33,691 nt of DNA. It comes from Fimbriimonadaceae bacterium (GTDB lineage: Bacteria; Armatimonadota; Fimbriimonadia; Fimbriimonadales; Fimbriimonadaceae). The DNA lies in the NCBI GenBank assembly GCA_035295605.1, contig DATGIR010000503.1:1-33691 (forward strand), read 5' to 3'. Both the position numbers and the translations under genes were made by a program. This document shows positions 26,405 to 33,691 of this stretch, piece by piece. The notes beneath the pieces were generated by a model. The model was not told where the DNA came from and searched no databases. It saw only the letters and a list, made by a program, of their open reading frames with translations. The first letter of the stretch is position 1; every line of letters starts with the position of its first letter.

Positions 26405-27490
26405 CTACTTCGTTTGAACCTTCGCGAGGACGTCGCTGTCAAGGCTCGTAATCTCGGAGGGCAGAGGCGCATATTGCAGGCTTTTCGCCTGGTCCTGCCC
26501 GTCGGCGAGCACCCATTTGAAGAAGTCGACCATTGCCGCGCCCTTCGCTTTGTCGGCCGGAGCTGCCGGCACGAGAACGTACGTCATCCCGCAAATCGGA
26601 TACACGTCCTTCCCAGCTTGGTCCACGATGGAGGTGCGGTTATCGGCCTTCAGCGCGCTAGCCGCGGCCGAGACCGCGGCGGCAGTCGCTTCGACGGTGG
26701 GCAGCACGAAGTTGCCGTCGTGGTTCTTGATAGGGCCGTACGTCAGCTTGGTTTGGACCGCGTAGGCAAGCTCGACATAGCCGATGCTGCCTGGCGTTTG
26801 CTTGACCACGCCGGCCACGCCGTCGTTGCCCTTGCCGCCAGTCCCCGTCGGCCAAGTTACCGTCTTGCCTTGGCCTGGGCCGTTCTTCCAGGCCGGAGAA
26901 ACGTGCGAGAGATAGTCGGTGAAGATGTAGGTGGTCCCGGAGCCGTCAGATCGATGCGCCACGTTGATGGGCGTCGAGGGGAGCTTCAGCTCTGGGTTGA
27001 GCCCGGCGATCGCGGGGTCGTTCCACGCCTTGATCTTGCCGAGGAAGATGTCGGCAACCACTTCGCCGGTTAGTTTGAGCCCGTTGCCGACGCCGGGCAG
27101 ATTGTAAACGATCACCTCGCAGCCCGCGGTTACCGGGAACTGGAGCGTGGGCTTGGGCATGCCCTTGAGGTCGGCGTCGGTGAGGGGCGCGTCGGTGGCG
27201 CCGAAGTCGGCCAAGCCATCCTTGTAGTTGCCGATTCCGGCGCTGGAGCCGACCGCCTGATAGTTCAAGCTCACGTCCGAATGCTTGGTTTGGTAGCTCG
27301 CCTTCCAAGTCATCATCGCCGGATTCACGAACGACGAGCCGGCGCCAATCAGCTTGACCGGGCCGCCTCCGGGCGACGTACCGCCTGAGCCGGTCGACGA
27401 GCCGCCGTTGCAGCCGACGAACGTTAAGACAATGGCGGTTAGAACGGCGACGGAAGCGATAGAGCTAAGGAGCAATTTTGTGGGCTTCAT
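26405..27490 (-). CDS. pstS: phosphate-binding lipoprotein PstS
   Basis: Start set at ATG 27490 (MKPTKLLL...LTFVGC lipobox); the track start is TTG 27520. PstS-like motifs GAGSSFVNP, SDGSGTTYIFTDYLS. Confidence 0.88.
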   Translation of the reverse strand: MKPTKLLLSSIASVAVLTAIVLTFVGCNGGSSTGSGGTSPGGGPVKLIGAGSSFVNPAMMTWKASYQTKHSDVSLNYQAVGSSAGIGNYKDGLADFGATDAPLTDADLKGMPKPTLQFPVTAGCEVIVYNLPGVGNGLKLTGEVVADIFLGKIKAWNDPAIAGLNPELKLPSTPINVAHRSDGSGTTYIFTDYLSHVSPAWKNGPGQGKTVTWPTGTGGKGNDGVAGVVKQTPGSIGYVELAYAVQTKLTYGPIKNHDGNFVLPTVEATAAAVSAAASALKADNRTSIVDQAGKDVYPICGMTYVLVPAAPADKAKGAAMVDFFKWVLADGQDQAKSLQYAPLPSEITSLDSDVLAKVQTK

Positions 27491-27525
27491 AGAGTGCCGG
27501 AGGCGCCACGAAGCTACCAACGAAA

Positions 27526-27542
27526 TGTTAAGAGATTGTTAA
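27526..27542 (-). promoter_or_regulatory. candidate Pho box: direct repeat TTAACA-N5-TTAACA upstream of pstS
   Basis: The + strand reads TGTTAAgagatTGTTAA. On the minus strand these are two perfect TTAACA hexamers with 11-bp periodicity, 36-52 nt upstream of ATG 27490, overlapping the ribE stop codon. Confidence 0.4.
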
Positions 27543-28126
27543 GAAGAGGCGGCCAAGAGGCGTTCCGCGTACCTGGCGAGCACGTCGTACTCGAGGTTCA
27601 CGCGATCGCCCTCCCTGCGTTCCCGGAGGCTGGTGTTCTCGAGGGTATGGGGAATGATCCAGGTGTCAAATTCGCTCCTCTCGGGGCTAACGACGGTGAG
27701 AGAGATGCCGTCGATCGCGATGGAACCCTTGTCGATGAGGTACTTCGCAGCGGCGTCGGGCACGCGGAAGCGAAAGACCGTGGCGCCACTCTCGGGCCGG
27801 ATGGCGACGACTCCGCCGGTGGCGTCGACGTGGCCCTGGACGATGTGGCCGCCGAATCGTCCGTCGGCACGCATCGCCCGCTCGAGATTGACTACCGATC
27901 CCGAGTCGAAGGAGCCGAGGGTGGTTCGTGCCAAGGTTTCCGGGCTGACATCGAACCCGACTCGTGTGCCGGCCGCCTTGACTGCGGTCAAGCAGCAGCC
28001 GTTGACGGCGATGCTTTCACCGACCTGGATCGGGTCGTTGCCTAGGGGGCGCATGGCCTCGATTTCGAGGGATCCGGCGCGACACGCGGTGACCCGACCG
28101 ACCGCCTCGACGATTCCCGTAAACAC
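27539..28126 (-). CDS. ribE: riboflavin synthase alpha chain
   Basis: MFTGIVEAVGRV..., two lumazine-binding repeats (GESIAVNGCCLTAV / GSIAIDGISLTVV), IPHTLENTSL. Confidence 0.92.
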   Translation of the reverse strand: MFTGIVEAVGRVTACRAGSLEIEAMRPLGNDPIQVGESIAVNGCCLTAVKAAGTRVGFDVSPETLARTTLGSFDSGSVVNLERAMRADGRFGGHIVQGHVDATGGVVAIRPESGATVFRFRVPDAAAKYLIDKGSIAIDGISLTVVSPERSEFDTWIIPHTLENTSLRERREGDRVNLEYDVLARYAERLLAASS

Positions 28127-28150
28127 GCGTGTCTTGTACCTTAGCGGGAC

Positions 28151-29809
28151 CTACCGCTCGCTGGGCAGGACGATGCCGCGCATGATCGTCCGCTGCGCGA
28201 TGAGGAACACAAGGAGAGTGGGCAGGGCGGCGAGGGTGAACGCGGCCATCATCACGTACTTGGGCGCGGTGCCGCTCAACTGGTAGAGGAAGACCATGAC
28301 CGTCCACATCCGCCGGTCCTGGGCGACGAGGAAGGCGTACAGGAAGGTCCCGTAAGCGGCCATGAAGGTCGTAAGCGCGAAGTAGCCGAAGACCGGCCGG
28401 CTGAGCGGAATCGCCACCCGCCGCATCATGGTCATCTCACGGGCCCCGTCGAGGGCGGCGGCCTCGAAGAGCTCCGGGGGTAGCGAGTCGAAGAAGCCCT
28501 TGAGCATGAAGATCATGAAGCCGGACGCAGCGCCGGGTAGCACCAAGGCGGCGAACGTGTTCAGCAGATGGAGATTCTTCAGGAGAAGGAAGTTGGGAAT
28601 CATCGTGACCTCGGCGGGGAAGGCCATGGTCGCGAGGAGGAAGACGAGGATCTTGCCGCTGGCCCGGATCGGGAAGCGGGAAAGAGCGTAGGCGGCCAGG
28701 CCGTTGACGCCCAGTGTGGTCACGATGGCGAGCCCGCAGAAGACGACCGTGGTCCAGAGCGCGTGGCCGTTGACGGTGAGGTAGCGAAGGACGTAGCCGT
28801 AGTTGCGGGTCGCGAACTCACGGCGCAGAGACCCGGCGGATTCGTGGACGACGGCGCGTTCGAAGGCTTCGATGGGGAGACGAACGCCGGCGGCGAGGGC
28901 AACTGCGTCGGCGGGCAGCCCTCCTCCCCCGCCCGCTCCGCGGCGGGTACTCCCCCCGGCGGGGGGAGAGATTGTGGGGTTGGTCGCTCCGCGGCGGGTA
29001 CTTCCCCCAGAGGGGGGAAAGAGGGCGAGCCACCGGGCTTCGACGGTGTCCGTTCGGTAACGGTCGGGGAGGCCGCGGGCTTCGAACGCGGCTAGTTCCG
29101 GACCGTCGGCCGGCACCTCGAGTTGATCGAAGTCCTTGGCTCCGCCGCGAATATCGGCGGGAACGGCCGAAAAGGAGAACCGATACTCCGCTCGAACGAA
29201 GTCTTGAAACATCGAGCGAACGGTGACGGGGAGGCGGAACTCGATCGGAAGGCCGGTTTTGAAGAGCTGCCAGTCGTCCCACTTCCGGCCGGCTGCGGGC
29301 AGCCAATGGGGGCGGGCAAAGGCCTCTGTCGGGGGAAGCACCGTTTCGAAGCTCGTGTCCTCTTCGATGTAGGCGGCGTTCAGTGCTTCGATCGAACCGA
29401 AGCGGCGACGGAGCCAGGCTTGGTAAAGGGTGTTGAGGCGGCTGTCGATGCCGGACGGCGGCTGCCTGAAACCGGCGGTGTAGAGGTCGGCGGGCAAGGT
29501 GGCCAGGAACCGGCGATAGGTGTCGACCGCCTCACGCGTTTCCCGACCGCCGCGCGTGCTCCCGATCGCCGCGAGGTTTCCGGCGTATTTGTCGTCCACG
29601 TACTTGCGGTAGAGCTCGTCCTCGCTGGTCCAGTAGGCGGGCACAAGCCGGTTGTCGTTCTGATCGAGCGGCCCCTTCGTTCCGGTTGTGACCATCACAA
29701 GGAAGGGGTAAACGGTCGTGACCGCGCCGAGGGTGAGGAGGGCGTAAAGGAGGGTGGTCGCGAGCCTGGCCCGTGCACGCTTTCGTCCGACAACCCCGAT
29801 CAGGCCCAT
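28151..29809 (-). CDS. MalG-like carbohydrate ABC transporter permease with a ~300-aa insertion between TM1 and TM2
   Basis: 552 aa. TM1 at aa ~16-43, a hydrophilic segment at aa ~44-348, then a canonical permease core with the EAA loop EAAALDGAREMTMMRRVAIPLSRPV. Confidence 0.85.
   Translation of the reverse strand: MGLIGVVGRKRARARLATTLLYALLTLGAVTTVYPFLVMVTTGTKGPLDQNDNRLVPAYWTSEDELYRKYVDDKYAGNLAAIGSTRGGRETREAVDTYRRFLATLPADLYTAGFRQPPSGIDSRLNTLYQAWLRRRFGSIEALNAAYIEEDTSFETVLPPTEAFARPHWLPAAGRKWDDWQLFKTGLPIEFRLPVTVRSMFQDFVRAEYRFSFSAVPADIRGGAKDFDQLEVPADGPELAAFEARGLPDRYRTDTVEARWLALFPPSGGSTRRGATNPTISPPAGGSTRRGAGGGGGLPADAVALAAGVRLPIEAFERAVVHESAGSLRREFATRNYGYVLRYLTVNGHALWTTVVFCGLAIVTTLGVNGLAAYALSRFPIRASGKILVFLLATMAFPAEVTMIPNFLLLKNLHLLNTFAALVLPGAASGFMIFMLKGFFDSLPPELFEAAALDGAREMTMMRRVAIPLSRPVFGYFALTTFMAAYGTFLYAFLVAQDRRMWTVMVFLYQLSGTAPKYVMMAAFTLAALPTLLVFLIAQRTIMRGIVLPSER
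28934..29021. repeat. intragenic direct repeat: 37-nt core present twice, 51 nt apart (33/37 identical), each with a G/C hairpin
   Basis: 28934-28970 and 28985-29021 both begin CGCTCCGCGGCGGGTACT followed by C-run/G-run arms. They encode the duplicated GGSTRRGA peptide. Confidence 0.85.
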
Positions 29810-29837
29810 AGCTGCCTGGAGTGTAGTCGCTGGTCGA

Positions 29838-29912
29838 GAGTGGGGAGTGGGGAGTGGGGAGTGGGGAGTGGGGAGTGGTGGAGTGGTGGAGTGGTGGAGT
29901 GATGGAAGGGTG
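29838..29912. repeat. compound tandem repeat: GAGTGGG x5 then GAGTGGTG x3 plus 2 degenerate units
   Basis: Read directly. Begins 28 nt upstream of the permease ATG (29809). Contains five GGGG tracts separated by AGT (29842-29873). Confidence 0.95.
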
Positions 29913-29987
29913 GAATTGAGAGACCCGGTAAGAGTGCGGTGGGAGTCCGACCGGCACGCAAGATTAACAGGTAGCCAAGAAACCTAG

Positions 29988-30014
29988 TAAAATTACCTGG
30001 TAAACCCGCAATAA
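29988..30014 (+). promoter_or_regulatory. candidate sigma-28 (FliA/SigD)-type promoter of the flagellin gene
   Basis: TAAA-N15-CGCAATAA compared with consensus TAAA-N15-GCCGATAA (5/8 in the -10 element, ATAA core intact). About 95 nt upstream of the fliC ATG. Confidence 0.35.
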
Positions 30015-30106
30015 CACCAGGAAGAACCCCTGTGAAGTTTGCTGTGATCGCGCCGGCCAGGAGGGCCAGAAGGGCGGTTCACAAAAGACATGGAGGAATA
30101 GCAAAG

Positions 30107-31555
30107 ATGATTTCGATTAACACGAATATCGCGGCCATGGGTGCGGTCTACAACCTGCAGAACAGTGACATGGCCCTGACCAATTCGATTCAGCGGCTGA
30201 GCACGGGCCTTCGAATCAACACTGCCGCGGACGATCCGTCCGGGCTCATCATTTCGCAGAAGTTCCAGGCGCAGCTCACGGGCATCGCGGCTGCCATCAA
30301 CAACTCGCAGGACGCGATCAACTATATGAAGACCGCGGACGGCGCGCTCGGCCAGATCGGCGCGCTGCTTCAGACGGCGGTTGGTCTCTCGGTCGACGCG
30401 AGCAACACCGGCGTCATCTCCCCGGACCAAGCCCTGGCTGACAACACTCAGCTCCAGCAGATCGCGGCTTCGATCACGAACATCGCGAACACGACCCAAT
30501 TTGGAACGAAGTTCCTTCTCAACGGCACCTCGGGCGTCAGCTCGGCGATCACCAACGGCGCCGACATCTCGTCGCTCGACATCGGCGGCACGTTTAACGG
30601 CGTGGCCCTCGCTACGGGCGGCGCGGTCAACCTGACGGTCACCACTGCCGCGACCCAGGCCATCACGACGCTGACCGGCACCTTCGCGACCGCGGGCTCC
30701 CCGGTTGCTCACGCCGGCTCCTTTACGATCAACGGCACGACGTTCACGGCCACCGCCGCGGACACCGCTTCGACGATCGTCAACAAGATCAACCAGGCTT
30801 CGGCGCAGACCGGCGTCAGCGCCGTCTACAGCGGCGCCGCTACGGCGATCGTCCTCACGAGCGCCGAGTACGGCTCGGCCTCAACGATCAACGTCGCGGA
30901 CGCAAACGGCGTCGTCTTGAGCGGCACCGGCGGCAGCGTCGGACCGATCCACGGCACCGACGCGGTAGCGACCCTGAACATTGCCGGCGGCGCAGCCGTC
31001 ACGTTCACCGGCGGCCTCAACGGCAACGACGGCCTGACCCTGACCGACGCCAACGGCAATACGTTCCGGCTCACGAGCGCCGGCAACAGCACCGCCATCA
31101 CGAATGCGACGGTCGGCCAAATCACGGTCGGCAGCGCCCAGTTCCAGATCGGGGCCAACGCCGGTCAGACGGCCCAGTTCTCGCTTGGCAACTTCGCCGC
31201 CAGCCAACTCGGCACCGGCGCGGTTGCGGGTCAGAACCTGAGCACGATCAACGTCCTCAGCACCGGCGCGGCGAACACGGCCCTGGCGGTCATCCAGAAC
31301 GCCATCAGCCAGGTGGCGACCGACCGCGGTCAGCTCGGCGCGTTCCAGCAGGACATCCTGCAGTCGAACGTGAGCGTGCTGGGTGTGGCTCAGACCAACC
31401 TTACGGCGACCAACTCGCAGATCACGGACGTGAACATCGCCAGTGAGATGACGAACTTCACGAAACTACAAGTCTTGGAACAGGCAGGTATGTCGGTTTT
31501 GGCTCAGGCTAATAGCCAGGGTCAGGCGATTCTCAACCTGATCAAGAACGGCTAA
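30107..31555 (+). CDS. fliC: flagellin
   Basis: Start at ATG 30107 with GGAGGA at 30092-30097. Conserved N-terminus MISINTNIAAMGAVYNLQ...RLSTGLRINTAADDPSG and C-terminus ASEMTNFTKLQVLEQAGMSVLAQANSQGQAILNLIKNG. The central region is T/A/G/S-rich and variable. Confidence 0.92.
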   Translation: MISINTNIAAMGAVYNLQNSDMALTNSIQRLSTGLRINTAADDPSGLIISQKFQAQLTGIAAAINNSQDAINYMKTADGALGQIGALLQTAVGLSVDASNTGVISPDQALADNTQLQQIAASITNIANTTQFGTKFLLNGTSGVSSAITNGADISSLDIGGTFNGVALATGGAVNLTVTTAATQAITTLTGTFATAGSPVAHAGSFTINGTTFTATAADTASTIVNKINQASAQTGVSAVYSGAATAIVLTSAEYGSASTINVADANGVVLSGTGGSVGPIHGTDAVATLNIAGGAAVTFTGGLNGNDGLTLTDANGNTFRLTSAGNSTAITNATVGQITVGSAQFQIGANAGQTAQFSLGNFAASQLGTGAVAGQNLSTINVLSTGAANTALAVIQNAISQVATDRGQLGAFQQDILQSNVSVLGVAQTNLTATNSQITDVNIASEMTNFTKLQVLEQAGMSVLAQANSQGQAILNLIKNG

Positions 31556-31583
31556 CCTCGGTTAGTTGGCTCATTCCTCCATA

Positions 31584-31607
31584 GGCCGGCGGACCGTTCC
31601 GCCGGCC
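31584..31607. terminator. GC hairpin between convergent fliC and rimO (possible bidirectional terminator)
   Basis: GGCCGGCGG-accgtt-CCGCCGGCC, a perfect 9-bp stem. Only weak U tracts on either strand. Confidence 0.5.
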
Positions 31608-31612
31608 CCGTT

Positions 31613-33004
31613 CTACCGAGGCGCCGAAGGGGTAGCCAGGCGAAGCGGGTGGAGGCTCCGAGACGGTCTCGACGCCGATAGAAGCGTACCGACCAGATCG
31701 TAGGGCTCGGCCGAGGAAACCCTGGCCCGAACGAGCGAACCAAGGGGACTCTCCCCTTCCAGATAGACCAATCCATCAATTTCAGGAGCATCCCGGAACG
31801 AGCGGCCCACGAGCCACCCGTCCCGGGATTCTTCGATTAAGACCGTCAGGTCGCGGCCGATCCACGCCTGGTTTTTGGCCAGCGAAATCCCCTGCTGAAG
31901 CTCCATCAGGCGGGCGTAGCGCTCGCGCTTCGCGCGGAACGGGACCTGCCCCTCCATGTCGTGGCTCGGCGTTCCCGGTTCCCGGGAGTACGTGAAGGCG
32001 CCGACTCGATCCATACGCGCCGCCGCGACGAAGTCAAGAAGGTACTGAAACTCGGCTTCGGTCTCACCGGGAAAGCCGACGATGAACGTGGATCGAATCG
32101 CAACTTCCGGCACGGCGGCTCGAAGCTTCTCGAAAAGCCTTAGGTAGCGCTCGCCGTCCCAGGGCCGGCGCATCCGGCGGAGCACCTCCGGATGGGCGTG
32201 CTGGAGCGGAATGTCGACGTAGGGCAAAACTTTGGGCAGGTTTGCGAGCGCGTCAATCACATCGTCGGTAAGCCGGTTTGGATAGAAGTAGAGGAGCCGG
32301 ATCCACTCGACGCCCTCGACCGCGTCGAGCTCGCGCAAGAGATCCGGGAGCGTGAACCGCTTGTACAGGTCAAACCCGTATTGGGTTACGTCCTGGGCGA
32401 TCAGGTTGAGTTCGATGGCGCCGTGCTTGGCGAGGTGCTCGGCTTCGGCAAGGACCCGCTCGATGGGTTTGCTTTGGTGCGGCCCGCGGAAGCTCGGAAT
32501 GGTGCAAAAGGTGCACTTGTGGTCGCACCCCTCGCTCAGTTTGAGATAGGCGCTCCATGGGTGGCCGGGTCTTGCCCGGGACTCGACGGCGGCCCAACGG
32601 TGATGCGGTGGCTGGATATCGATAAGTTGCGTCGCACGTGATTGAACATCTCTGACGATGTCGGCAAAACGGTTCATCTGGCCAACCCCGATGTAGGCAT
32701 CGGCGCCCGGTGCGAGCCGGGCCAGCTCGGCGCCCATCCGCTGGGCAAGGCAGCCGGCAACGACGACGCGGCCCGTCTTGCCTTTGCGTTTGTCGGCAAC
32801 GGCCTCGCGGATCGCCTCGATGCTCTCCCTCTTGCTCGCCTCCAGAAAGCCACACGTGTTGATGACCGTGACATCCGCGGTGGCCAGCCCGTCGACGCCG
32901 AATCCGGCGTCACTTAGGACCCCGGCGATTTCCTCGCTATCGACCTCGTTCTTGGCGCAACCGAGCGTGACGATGCGCACGTTCGGTTTGCCGGGGGTGG
33001 CCAT
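31613..33004 (-). CDS. rimO: ribosomal protein S12 methylthiotransferase
   Basis: MTTase N-domain VTLGCAKNEVDSE, radical-SAM cluster SEGCDHKCTFCTIP, C-terminal TRAM-like domain. Confidence 0.88.
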   Translation of the reverse strand: MATPGKPNVRIVTLGCAKNEVDSEEIAGVLSDAGFGVDGLATADVTVINTCGFLEASKRESIEAIREAVADKRKGKTGRVVVAGCLAQRMGAELARLAPGADAYIGVGQMNRFADIVRDVQSRATQLIDIQPPHHRWAAVESRARPGHPWSAYLKLSEGCDHKCTFCTIPSFRGPHQSKPIERVLAEAEHLAKHGAIELNLIAQDVTQYGFDLYKRFTLPDLLRELDAVEGVEWIRLLYFYPNRLTDDVIDALANLPKVLPYVDIPLQHAHPEVLRRMRRPWDGERYLRLFEKLRAAVPEVAIRSTFIVGFPGETEAEFQYLLDFVAAARMDRVGAFTYSREPGTPSHDMEGQVPFRAKRERYARLMELQQGISLAKNQAWIGRDLTVLIEESRDGWLVGRSFRDAPEIDGLVYLEGESPLGSLVRARVSSAEPYDLVGTLLSASRPSRSLHPLRLATPSAPR

Positions 33005-33040
33005 GCCTTATTCTGGCAGCGGCTGGTATCGTGTCCGCCG

Positions 33041-33691
33041 ATGCTCAAAACTCGCACGGGTTCGTTCCCCATCGGCTTTCGCCGCGGCTGGTCGGACTGG
33101 AACAAGAACCTCGACTCCATGCTCACATGGGCAAAATCTGAGGGCCTCTCGGTAATCGACCTTGGCGGGGATGCACCCGAGACGCTCCCGGTGGTCGAAA
33201 AGGCCGGCATGCGGGTGGGCTCGGTCGACCTGCAGGCATGGTCCGATCTTGCCTCGGCCGACGCCGGCAAACGGAAGGAAGCCCTTGCCAAGAACGAGGC
33301 CCTGATCTCCGCCTGCGGGGCGCAAAACTACTTCGCCGTGCTCCTCCCCGAGGACGCGAGCAAGCCGCGAGCCGAGAACTTCAAGCTGTTGATGGCCGGG
33401 CTTAACGAGTTGGGACCGATTCTCGACACGCACGGCGGCAAGCTCGTGATCGAAGGATGGCCCGGGCCCGGTGCGCTCGGCTGCACGCCGGAGAGTTACC
33501 GGGCGGTGCTCAAAGAGTCGTCATCGAAGGCGATCGGCATCAACTACGATCCGTCGCACCTCGTGCGAATGGGGATTGATCCGATTCGCTTCGTCGACGA
33601 GTTCGCGGATCGGGTTTATCACGTTCACGGCAAGGACACCGAGATCATCTCGGAGGGGTTGTACGAATTCGGGACCGAACAGCCGGCAACC
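33041..33691 (+). CDS. sugar phosphate isomerase/epimerase (xylose-isomerase-like TIM barrel), 5' part
   Basis: Open frame from ATG 33041 to the window end, so it is not in the ORF track. Hand translation MLKTRTGSFPIGFRRGW...VIEGWPGPGALGCTPESYRAVL...INYDPSHLVRMGIDP...VYHVHGKDTE. The start is uncertain, since only 36 bp separate it from divergent rimO. Confidence 0.75.
   Translation, partial: MLKTRTGSFPIGFRRGWSDWNKNLDSMLTWAKSEGLSVIDLGGDAPETLPVVEKAGMRVGSVDLQAWSDLASADAGKRKEALAKNEALISACGAQNYFAVLLPEDASKPRAENFKLLMAGLNELGPILDTHGGKLVIEGWPGPGALGCTPESYRAVLKESSSKAIGINYDPSHLVRMGIDPIRFVDEFADRVYHVHGKDTEIISEGLYEFGTEQPAT

Noticed and set aside
28127-28150. FMN riboswitch upstream of ribE
   Set aside because: The gap to the upstream permease gene is only 24 nt. 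There is no room for an RFN element, so ribE appears to be co-transcribed.
29993-30712. 239-aa minus-strand ORF
   Set aside because: It is antisense to the conserved flagellin N-terminal domain and is an Arg/Asp-rich shadow ORF.

Overview
This is a GC-rich bacterial chromosomal window that is almost fully coding, with about 30 CDS, most on the minus strand. The content is mainly housekeeping. In order: valS (5' part), an orphan ABC ATPase, cdsA, a LuxR-type response regulator, a secreted PKD-domain protein, ymdB, rny, a class-C beta-lactamase-family hydrolase, recX and recA. Then a PEP-CTERM protein, a fused solute-binding-protein/permease gene, an FAD oxidoreductase, an ArsR regulator plus an SDR, and a translationally coupled four-gene ABC-2 transporter. 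Then coaBC, gmk, yvcK, a holin-4-like membrane protein, fused pstCA, pstS, ribE, a MalG-like permease with a roughly 300-aa loop, a lone flagellin gene, rimO and the start of a TIM-barrel sugar-phosphate isomerase/epimerase. The two edge genes (valS, TIM barrel) are absent from the supplied ORF track because they run off the window; I translated them by hand. I found no rRNA, tRNA, CRISPR, transposase, integrase, prophage, or recognisable defence or toxin-antitoxin module, so I cannot support a claim of a novel multi-gene system here. What stands out is non-coding or architectural. (1) Two intergenic compound short-tandem-repeat arrays (22411-22547 and 29838-29912) are G-rich on the + strand. 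Each begins 24-28 nt upstream of a minus-strand start codon. One carries CsrA-site-like GGA units and the other is a textbook G-quadruplex motif. (2) Transporter architecture is unusual: an SBP-permease fusion with an extra linker TM, a pstC-pstA fusion with no pstB, and a MalG-like permease whose loop holds a duplicated hairpin-forming 37-nt element. (3) Several candidate operators: a perfect 20-bp palindrome upstream of valS, a TTAACA-N5-TTAACA Pho-box-like repeat upstream of pstS, a dyad in the recA promoter, and ATCGAT-rich AT islands around arsR. All functional readings of these elements are hypotheses. Taxonomy cannot be assigned from this window alone.
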